This document shows positions 57,323 through 64,000 of a stretch of 64,000 bases of DNA, piece after piece (position 1 is the first letter of the stretch; each line of letters starts with the position of its first letter). Below the pieces are notes generated by a model that saw only the letters and a program-made list of their open reading frames with translations, was not told the origin of the DNA and made no database searches. The stretch comes from a bacterium. GTDB lineage: Bacteria; Patescibacteriota; Minisyncoccia; Phycocordibacterales; Zambryskibacteraceae. The stretch covers positions 128,001 to 192,000 of the forward strand of contig JAUSGI010000008.1 in the NCBI GenBank assembly GCA_030649135.1. The letters run 5' to 3'. A program made the translations under genes and the position numbers.

Positions 57323-58459
57323 ATGACACGACGCATTGCTTTGTTCACGCTGGTCGCAATCCTCTGGATTGCTCAGACCAGCCTCGCGCAGGCACCCTAT
57401 CAGGTGAAGGAGGGAGACACCCTCTACGCCCTGAAGGGGATCTACTCGGCTAACCAACCCGAGTGGAAAGCGCTCACGATCGTGAACCCGCAGCTCGCGG
57501 AACCCGGCCGAGCCTTCACCGATACGCAGAAACGATTTATCGTCATCCTGCGCCTGGGTGAACGGCTCAAGGGCCTCGAAATGCTCGGCATAACCGCCCA
57601 GCCGATACTCGTTACCGGGTTCGTAGCGCCAGCGCCGACCACGAAAAACGTCGTCACAGACATCACTGCCAGTGCCGATAGCCACAACAGGTGGCTCATC
57701 GCGCTCATGGCAACAGTGTTGGCGCTCATCATTCCCTACCTGATCTTCCGGTATCTGCCGGAATCGCGTAGGCCGAACCTTCCGTTCCTCGGGAGGTATA
57801 ACCCGGCACTCACCACGAACCCTGTCACGGCGGCTCCCCCGATGGTCGCCGGAGGCATCGCCTCTGACAATCATGACGCTATCAGGCGCCAGTTCCGGGA
57901 ACAGGCGGCGCGGACGTACGCGTCGACGCACGGCGGTGTTATACCCCAGATGAGTGACATCCGCATCGTCGGCAACATCATCCATGGTACGCTACACGAC
58001 GTCTGGGAAACCTCAGACGCCAATGGCCGCTGGATTCCCCGCCGCTACAACGGCGAGCCAGGGTTCCAGGCGATGGTCTCGGTCAACAACGCCGAACCAG
58101 CGCTCCAGACATGGTCACAACCATGTGGCAACGATCTGCGTATCGGGCGACGCTACCGTGGCGGGCGCTTCATATCCCGCCCTGCGGCCGGGACGATTCC
58201 GGCTCAGGCTCCAGCCACTCCAGTGGCTCCGCTTCGTCCGCACATCGCGGTGGCGCAGGAGCCGGACGGGCAGGTGGTCACCATCACGGTCGGCGGTATG
58301 CGTTACACCACTCATGGCAATGACATCCACGTCAACGTGGATCAGGGGGGCGCTGTGACGGATGTCACAGCGAACGGCCAGATCCGCGTGGCGAAGGTGC
58401 CGAAGCGGACGAAACCACGTGTGGTACGACCGGCGGCGACAGGTACACGCGACAAGTAG
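57323..58459 (+). CDS. secreted and membrane-anchored LysM-domain protein (about 62 % GC)
   Basis: Signal peptide, LysM motif (YQVKEGDTLYALKGIY), one TM helix and a Pro/Ala-rich region. RBS AAGGAGA upstream. Confidence 0.6.
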   Translation: MTRRIALFTLVAILWIAQTSLAQAPYQVKEGDTLYALKGIYSANQPEWKALTIVNPQLAEPGRAFTDTQKRFIVILRLGERLKGLEMLGITAQPILVTGFVAPAPTTKNVVTDITASADSHNRWLIALMATVLALIIPYLIFRYLPESRRPNLPFLGRYNPALTTNPVTAAPPMVAGGIASDNHDAIRRQFREQAARTYASTHGGVIPQMSDIRIVGNIIHGTLHDVWETSDANGRWIPRRYNGEPGFQAMVSVNNAEPALQTWSQPCGNDLRIGRRYRGGRFISRPAAGTIPAQAPATPVAPLRPHIAVAQEPDGQVVTITVGGMRYTTHGNDIHVNVDQGGAVTDVTANGQIRVAKVPKRTKPRVVRPAATGTRDK

Positions 58460-58514
58460 TACAAACGCGGCCAGACGTTAATCTGGCAAAGTCCGGGGAG
58501 ACTTAACTCCCCAC

Positions 58515-58542
58515 GGGCAGGTCATCGTGACCTGCCCTTTTT
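58515..58542 (+). terminator. rho-independent terminator, preceded by a second hairpin GGGGAG-actta-ACTCCCC
   Basis: GGGCAGGTCA-tcg-TGACCTGCCC followed by TTTTT. Confidence 0.75.
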
Positions 58543-58552
58543 CGTTACAAGT

Positions 58553-58870
58553 TTATACGCGAGGGCGGGCTAAAAAGGCGAACCACATGAAATAGCGTTC
58601 AACATCCGGCAGGAAGCTGTGATATTCCTTTCCCCCCAGAACCGCATCGGCGAAGACTTCTCTCGCTCGGTCAATTTCTGACCTGCGTTTTTTCCACCTC
58701 TTGTCCATTTGCGTCAGCTCGAAAAGTTCCATGGCTCGTCCCACCGCTCCCCAGAAAGATTTCTCGTCTTTACCTTGCCACTTGGCGGCACGTCCGACTT
58801 CACTACCAATATTACCGAGTTGTTCGGCCAGAGTCAGAGTAAACCACCTTTCTTTCGAGACCGTTGCCAT
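58553..58870 (-). CDS. hypothetical protein
   Basis: Track ORF with a helical prediction. A four-helix-bundle (23S rRNA IVS protein) resemblance was considered and is too weak to call. Confidence 0.3.
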   Translation of the reverse strand: MATVSKERWFTLTLAEQLGNIGSEVGRAAKWQGKDEKSFWGAVGRAMELFELTQMDKRWKKRRSEIDRAREVFADAVLGGKEYHSFLPDVERYFMWFAFLARPRV

Positions 58871-58871
58871 G

Positions 58872-59222
58872 TTACTTAACTATCTTAGTTACGATTTCTA
58901 CAATTTTATTTTGGATTCCAATATCCCCAACACCTCGAGTCTTATTGCCAAGGACTGGCTTAAGATTAATCATTGAATCGAATTCAATAAAATCTTCCCC
59001 AGATTTTTCTAGATATAAGTTGATGCCCCAAGTATCCTCCCCGCGCGAATTTTCTTTTTCAATAAGTTGCGACTGTATATCGACATGGAGTTCCCCACCA
59101 ACTCCCAAGATACCTTGCCCGACATCTACTACCGCCTTTATGATATCGCCATAAAGTTCGCGAGCGAGTTCCCTTAGCTCTTCTCTGGAAATTGAATCCT
59201 TGACTATTCTTGTTTCAACCAT
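58872..59222 (-). CDS. hypothetical protein
   Basis: Track ORF, stop-start adjacent to the previous hypothetical. Confidence 0.35.
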   Translation of the reverse strand: MVETRIVKDSISREELRELARELYGDIIKAVVDVGQGILGVGGELHVDIQSQLIEKENSRGEDTWGINLYLEKSGEDFIEFDSMINLKPVLGNKTRGVGDIGIQNKIVEIVTKIVK

Positions 59223-59257
59223 GGGGATATAATAGCATCAACTTTTGACCTTTTTGT

Positions 59258-60436
59258 TTGATTTTGATATTATGGACCCCGTTCCTTATTAACCCCCGCT
59301 TTCGTTACCCCCCGCGCTTCGGCAAACACTCTATAAAGCGCGAGGACCGGAAACGGCCCATCAATTTGACTACTAATACTGCAGAAGTTGACGCATTTCT
59401 AACAAGCATCCCCAATCCCCCTTCCATCGATGACCTCGTGGAAGGTCCTGTCATCAGTATTGATAAAGGCGCGGTCTATGTCGACCTGCCGCCTTTCGGC
59501 ACCGGTATCATCTACGGTCGCGAGTTTATAAACGCCCGAGACATTATCAAAAAGATTAACGTCTCCGACATTGTCGCCGGCAAAGTGGTCGGCATCGGTG
59601 GTAAAGAAGGTTATATCGAAATTTCCCTGAAGGAGGCGCGTCAGGCCCTAATCTGGAGCGAGGCTGAGGAAGCTATTCGCGAGAAACGCATATACGAGCT
59701 TCCTATCACAGATGCCAACAAGGGTGGTCTCATTATTAACTGGCAAGGCCTCTCCGGTTTCCTGCCTGCTTCCCAACTTAAACCGGAACATTACCCGCGC
59801 ATCTCCGACGGAGACAAAGACAAAATTCTTGATGAATTGAAGAAACTGGTTGGGGAAAAACTCTCGGTCACCATTATTGGCGCCAGTCCCAAAGAAGGCA
59901 AACTTATTTTCTCGGAGAAAAGTCCCGAGACCAAAGATAAAGAAAATATTGTGGCCCGTTACACTTTGGGCGACGAAATTGTGGGCGAAGTCACCGGTCT
60001 CGTCGACTTCGGTATTTTCATTAAACTGGAAGAAGGGCTGGAAGGGCTGGTGCACATCTCGGAAATTGATTGGGGTCTTGTAGAAAATCCCAAAACCATG
60101 TTCAGGATAGGTGAAAAAGTACGTGTGAAGGTTATCGAGATTAAGGATGACAAAATTTCTCTCTCTATTAAAGCCTTGAAAGAAAACCCTTGGCGAGAAG
60201 CGGAAAAGAAATACAAGAAAGACGCCATTGTAGACGGTATCATTATTAAATTCAACAAGTACGGAGCGCTTGCTTCAATTGAGGAGGGTGTGGCGGGCCT
60301 GGTGCATATCTCCGAATTTGGTTCGGAAGAAAAACTGCGCGAGAAACTCGAAATGGGCAAGGTCTACACTTTCAAAATCACCCTCTTCGACCCCAAAGAG
60401 CAAAAGATGGCACTCTCGTTCATCGACAAGAAATAA
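59258..60436 (+). CDS. rpsA: 30S ribosomal protein S1 (four S1 repeats)
   Basis: Repeated S1 motifs (GKVVGIGGKEGYIEIS, GLVHISEIDW, GLVHISEFG). The true start is uncertain and may be a non-ATG codon downstream. Confidence 0.8.
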   Translation: MILILWTPFLINPRFRYPPRFGKHSIKREDRKRPINLTTNTAEVDAFLTSIPNPPSIDDLVEGPVISIDKGAVYVDLPPFGTGIIYGREFINARDIIKKINVSDIVAGKVVGIGGKEGYIEISLKEARQALIWSEAEEAIREKRIYELPITDANKGGLIINWQGLSGFLPASQLKPEHYPRISDGDKDKILDELKKLVGEKLSVTIIGASPKEGKLIFSEKSPETKDKENIVARYTLGDEIVGEVTGLVDFGIFIKLEEGLEGLVHISEIDWGLVENPKTMFRIGEKVRVKVIEIKDDKISLSIKALKENPWREAEKKYKKDAIVDGIIIKFNKYGALASIEEGVAGLVHISEFGSEEKLREKLEMGKVYTFKITLFDPKEQKMALSFIDKK

Positions 60437-60446
60437 TCCATCCCTT

Positions 60447-61163
60447 TGTCAAACACTGGGTGTTAGACAACTATAGGATCTTCAAATAATCTAGCTCTTC
60501 TTCTAGAAGTTTTGCTGGACTTGTCCTAGTAAACTCTTGGTATTTGTCTGGGCCTTTGAATTGACCTAGAACGATTTCTGATAAAAGCAGACTTCCCCAT
60601 CGATTTTCTTTTATAAAATCTTGATAGCTTGACCAAGGATATTGGTCTTCTTTCTTAAACCACTTCCCAATCTCTCTCGGGTTTCTATGAATATAGCTAG
60701 ACAGATATAAAAGCTGATGATCACCTTCTATATGAACCGCACGATAAGGCCCTTGAAAAACATGTCCAGATTTATCATATCTGGTATTGTAATATTTGGC
60801 ATAAGCATTAAGCACTCTCTGCATATAAGCTGCTATGCCTTCTTCTTCAACTTCTTTGACCAATAAGTGGAAATGGTTTGGCATGATACGGAAAGAAACA
60901 AGCTCAACTGTACGCTTTTTAACAATCTCCTCTGTATTATCTAACACCCGGTGTTTGACGAAATCCTTTACTGACCTACCAACCTGTGGAAAAGTTACTT
61001 CTGATTGGAAGTAAAGAATGAGGAAAAGAAATCTGTTGTAGTCTCCTGTATCATGAAAAATAACTTGTTTGTGTACACCCCTATTACACAAATGATAATA
61101 CTCGTTTGGAGACAACCGTGTTCTTCTCATATATTCATTATGTCAAATACCCGGTGTTTGACA
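60447..61163. mobile_element. second REP–RAYT module (REP-B, RAYT, REP-B)
   Basis: Imperfect palindromes TGTCAAACACTGGGTGTTAGACA (60447-60469) and TGTCAAATACCCGGTGTTTGACA (61141-61163) abut the stop and start of the transposase gene. Confidence 0.7.
60471..61130 (-). CDS. REP-associated tyrosine transposase (RAYT; IS200/IS605 Y1 HUH family), second copy
   Basis: HUH motif MPNHFHLLVKE and YPWSSY. A partial REP-B (AACACCCGGTGTTTGAC) lies inside the gene at about 60943-60959. Confidence 0.85.
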   Translation of the reverse strand: MRRTRLSPNEYYHLCNRGVHKQVIFHDTGDYNRFLFLILYFQSEVTFPQVGRSVKDFVKHRVLDNTEEIVKKRTVELVSFRIMPNHFHLLVKEVEEEGIAAYMQRVLNAYAKYYNTRYDKSGHVFQGPYRAVHIEGDHQLLYLSSYIHRNPREIGKWFKKEDQYPWSSYQDFIKENRWGSLLLSEIVLGQFKGPDKYQEFTRTSPAKLLEEELDYLKIL

Positions 61164-61182
61164 AACTTATATATCCTTAATA

Positions 61183-61737
61183 TTACTTGACCGGATGGTC
61201 AAGTTGATAAATCTGGGTATCGTAGCCTCTGGTTTCTTCGTCATTTCTGGAAAGTCCCAGAGATTCAAGTTCTTTGAATAATTCTTCCCTGACTTCCTCT
61301 GCGTCGATGTCTTCTTCAGTCAGCTTTTCAAGCTCGATAAATGTCCCAAGTTTTTCCACTTCATCCAGACAAATCTCATACGGTCCGAGTTTGCCCTTCC
61401 GACGCATTTTCTTTACCTCGACTACCGGATACCACCCCAGTAGCTCAAGCATATGGTGGACTTGTTTCGGATCTGCCACTTCTGTCTCGCACTCAATATT
61501 GTCGCTCTCGTTGGAACGCTGCTGTTTGAGGGTAAGCTCAGCAGAATCCTTCAAGTAGCGGATGCGAATAACAATATCTCCCTCCTGTGCCGATTGGAAT
61601 TCATTCCTCGAACCCTTGAGAGAATAGACAACATCATGCTGGCTTATCGGTTCTGAAAGAACGCAGCCTTTCTCTTTGAGCTTTTGCTCAATTTCTTCCA
61701 GATTCTTCGCTTTCAGCTTTACTTCTATTTCTCTCAT
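61183..61737 (-). CDS. CYTH-domain protein (class IV adenylate cyclase / triphosphate-tunnel metalloenzyme-like)
   Basis: N-terminal EIEVKLKAK plus conserved acidic tunnel residues. Confidence 0.75.
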   Translation of the reverse strand: MREIEVKLKAKNLEEIEQKLKEKGCVLSEPISQHDVVYSLKGSRNEFQSAQEGDIVIRIRYLKDSAELTLKQQRSNESDNIECETEVADPKQVHHMLELLGWYPVVEVKKMRRKGKLGPYEICLDEVEKLGTFIELEKLTEEDIDAEEVREELFKELESLGLSRNDEETRGYDTQIYQLDHPVK

Positions 61738-61741
61738 GCAG

Positions 61742-62269
61742 TTATTTATTAAATTCCGTCATGGCGCGAGTGAGGCCGTGTTCGACGATAGCTTCAACCG
61801 CTCCTTGTGCGCGTTTGAACACTTTTTTCAAAATCTCTGTTTCAGATTTTTTAAATTCTCCCAAAATATGCTTTTCTACTGCTGCCTCCCCTTTCGGCTT
61901 TTTGATTTTGCCGGAAGGAGTAACCGGTGAAATGCCAATGCGAATACGAATAAACCCTTCAGTCTTGAGAGCGCGGATAACTGACTCTAATCCCCTGTGC
62001 CCGCCCGAAGAACGATTATAAGAAACTTTCAGCGTACCTATGGGTAAATCCAAATCATCATAAATCACGATTAATTTCTCCGCCGCCTTTTTGTTTTTGA
62101 CTACCTTGGCGACACCACTTCCCGATTTATTCATAAAGGTATCAAGATGTACCAACTTTATTCCCGTTAATTCTTTTTTTGTCAAATACTCCAGTGTCAA
62201 GCGACCGGTGTTGTGCCGGGTGCGCGCATACTGGTCGCCGGGATTACCTAAACCCACGATGATATACAT
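61742..62269 (-). CDS. pth: peptidyl-tRNA hydrolase
   Basis: MYIIVGLGNPGDQYARTRHNTG. Confidence 0.9.
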   Translation of the reverse strand: MYIIVGLGNPGDQYARTRHNTGRLTLEYLTKKELTGIKLVHLDTFMNKSGSGVAKVVKNKKAAEKLIVIYDDLDLPIGTLKVSYNRSSGGHRGLESVIRALKTEGFIRIRIGISPVTPSGKIKKPKGEAAVEKHILGEFKKSETEILKKVFKRAQGAVEAIVEHGLTRAMTEFNK

Positions 62270-62316
62270 ACCGCTATTGTGTCAAATCAAGTTAAAGAAT
62301 ACAATCTTAGCAAATT

Positions 62317-62850
62317 ATGAATTCTAATTTCTGGAAAGAGCTCATCAAACTTGTTCTCATATCCCTCCTAATAGTAGTGCCGTTCCGTGTCTATATTGCT
62401 CAACCCTTCTTGGTGGATGGCGCGTCTATGGACCCGACATTCGAGACGGGAGACTATCTCATAGTCGATGAGCTTACCTACCATTTCAAGCAACCGGAGC
62501 GCGGTTCTGTCGTTATCTTCAAATATCCCAAGGACCCCAGAAAATCTTTCATTAAACGTATCATCGGCCTGCCTAACGAAACAGTGACCCTCTCCGACGG
62601 ACAGGTCACTATTGTAAACACCGCATATCCGGACGGTTTGGTGCTTGATGAACCGTATGTGGTGTTGAGGAAGTCCGACAATTTGAGTTACACGCTTGGC
62701 CCGGGCGAATATTTCGTCATGGGGGACAACCGCTTGGCGAGTGCCGACTCGCGTATCTGGGGCTCGGTACCGGAGGAAAACATTATCGGCCGACCTGTTA
62801 TACGCCTGCTCCCTCCGGCGCTTTTCCCCGGTGATAACTCCAATGATTGA
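62317..62850 (+). CDS. lepB: signal peptidase I
   Basis: Catalytic Ser box GASMDPT and GDNRLASADSRIWG. Confidence 0.88.
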   Translation: MNSNFWKELIKLVLISLLIVVPFRVYIAQPFLVDGASMDPTFETGDYLIVDELTYHFKQPERGSVVIFKYPKDPRKSFIKRIIGLPNETVTLSDGQVTIVNTAYPDGLVLDEPYVVLRKSDNLSYTLGPGEYFVMGDNRLASADSRIWGSVPEENIIGRPVIRLLPPALFPGDNSND

Positions 62851-63961
62851 ATTCGATAGAGCTCTTGTCACCGCCGCTTACTTCGGTTTCCGCCCCATCA
62901 TCGCTCCGAAAATTACCCGGCATGATATTGAATTGACTAGAATTTGCGGAGAGTATCCGCATTATGACGCCATAGAGAAAGCCGCTGTGATACGAACGTA
63001 TCTGGAACAGGACTTCGCTTCCTTACCGCATCCTATTGCTTTGGTTTACGAAAAACCGGCTGCAAAAAAAAGACTGGGCGGCTACGCCCTCCACTTCATC
63101 GGCTCGTCTTCGGGTATAGCGGAGGCAACCTTGATCCAAACCGCGCTGGCTATGCTCTCGGAAGAAGGACATAAAAATTTGAAGGTAGACATCAACTGTA
63201 TCGGCGACCGAGATTCCATAAATACTTACGAGCGGGAACTCGTAAGCTACGTACGTAAGTTCGGCGCCCATTTGTCGGACGAATTAAAACAGAGTATGAA
63301 ATCAGACATCTTCAACCTCTTTAGACTGGAGGCGCCGGAAGCTCTCCTTCTACGTGAAACGGCGCCGTCTTCCATAACCTTCCTGTCTGCGCAAAGTCGA
63401 ATCTATTTCAAAGAAGTACTGGAATATATTGAAGCTTTGGGCATAGAGTTCCGTCTGACACCAGAACTCGTGGGCGAACGAAATCACGCTTCTCACACTA
63501 TTTTTGCCATTAAAAACACGGTGGGCGAACATAAAGATATTTTAGCCGTGGGCTATCGTTACTCTCGCATGGCACGTCTCTTCGGGCTAAGGAAAGAAAT
63601 TCCCATGGCCGGAGTAAATATTTTTGCCGCATCTTCCGGCAGTACTGGCAAGCGAGTTTACAAAGAATTACCAAAACCGAAATTCTGTTTGGTCCAATTG
63701 GGTCGTGAGGCCAAGATTAAAACTCTCTCGCTCATAGAACTCTTGCGTTTACACCGTATACCACTACATCACCTGCTCGGTAAAGATAAAATAGCTACCC
63801 AACTCTTGAGTGCCGAAAATTTGCGGGTGCCCTACCTCATCATCATTGGACAGAAAGAGGCACTCGACAATACCGCCACCATCAGAAATGTAGCCACACG
63901 CGCCCAAGATACGGTAAGTATCGCCAACCTGCCACACTTCCTCAAAAATATTACACTCTAG
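62843..63961 (+). CDS. hisS: class II aaRS-like protein of the HisS/HisZ family with a divergent catalytic core
   Basis: C-terminal anticodon-binding domain (PYLIIIGQKEALDNTATIRNV) and a motif-3-like GYRYSRMARLFG. Catalytic motifs 1 and 2 are poorly conserved. The start is set at MIEFD, which overlaps the lepB stop. Confidence 0.55.
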   Translation: MIEFDRALVTAAYFGFRPIIAPKITRHDIELTRICGEYPHYDAIEKAAVIRTYLEQDFASLPHPIALVYEKPAAKKRLGGYALHFIGSSSGIAEATLIQTALAMLSEEGHKNLKVDINCIGDRDSINTYERELVSYVRKFGAHLSDELKQSMKSDIFNLFRLEAPEALLLRETAPSSITFLSAQSRIYFKEVLEYIEALGIEFRLTPELVGERNHASHTIFAIKNTVGEHKDILAVGYRYSRMARLFGLRKEIPMAGVNIFAASSGSTGKRVYKELPKPKFCLVQLGREAKIKTLSLIELLRLHRIPLHHLLGKDKIATQLLSAENLRVPYLIIIGQKEALDNTATIRNVATRAQDTVSIANLPHFLKNITL

Positions 63962-64000
63962 CTTTGAGATACTCGAGCATGGTCTTCTGGTCGGAAACTT

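Noticed and set aside
58553-58870. Resemblance to the four-helix-bundle (23S rRNA IVS) protein family
   Set aside because: Only a loose IGSEVGRA / KSFWGAVGRAMEL similarity, and the N-terminal half of that family is missing. Left as hypothetical.
62696-62842. 5' extension of the hisS-like track ORF
   Set aside because: It overlaps the lepB 3' end out of frame. Homology starts at MIEFD (62843).
1-64000. CRISPR arrays, rRNA genes, prophage or integrase signatures
   Set aside because: No direct-repeat/spacer periodicity and no rRNA-like or integrase sequence was seen. The only mobile-element signatures are the RAYT/REP modules and the LAGLIDADG gene.

Overview
This 64 kb window looks like a compact, roughly 45 % GC chromosome segment from a genome-reduced bacterium, most plausibly a Candidate Phyla Radiation / Patescibacteria lineage. 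The lineage call is an inference from N-terminally truncated ThrRS and IF-2, an insertion-less ProRS, four Nudix genes, frequent gene overlaps, and very short intergenic regions.

Housekeeping content: serS, dprA, topA, a RelA/SpoT enzyme, parB, a P-type ATPase, miaA, rpmG, clpB, a cysteine desulfurase, infB-rbfA, pyrB, RNase R, an rpmF–nusB(Nudix fusion)–rnc–smc block, rnhB, dnaE, thrS, lysS, greA, an mreBCD–PBP2 operon, proS, rseP, frr, a holB-like clamp-loader subunit, FKBP and LOG-family genes, gyrA, rpsA, pth, lepB, and a hisS-like gene.

I found eight tRNA genes by hand: Leu-CAA, Trp, Tyr, Gly, Leu-TAA, Cys, Lys and Leu-TAG. Three of them abut with a zero or one nucleotide spacer.

Accessory and unusual content:
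- A free-standing LAGLIDADG homing-endonuclease gene directly 3' of tRNA-Leu(CAA), followed by GC-rich cargo.
- Two REP-flanked RAYT (IS200-like HUH transposase) modules, one carrying a SAM-methyltransferase.
- A 44 bp perfect palindrome that forms an in-frame 15-codon insertion in dnaE.
- A tandem array of six paralogous small two-helix pilin-like (VirB2/TrbC-like architecture) proteins beside an orphan solute-binding-like protein.
- A membrane-anchored protein ending in a Hint / bacterial-intein-like domain.
- A NusB–Nudix fusion.
- A short hinge-less SMC.
- A SET-domain and a GIY-YIG gene flanking tRNA-Tyr.
- Several GC-rich (55–62 %) islands bounded by strong intrinsic terminators.

I found no CRISPR array and no rRNA. 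Coordinates of features I called by hand (tRNAs, repeats, promoters, terminators) are accurate to a few nucleotides. CDS coordinates follow the supplied ORF track, with start codons re-chosen where homology or an adjacent feature indicated.
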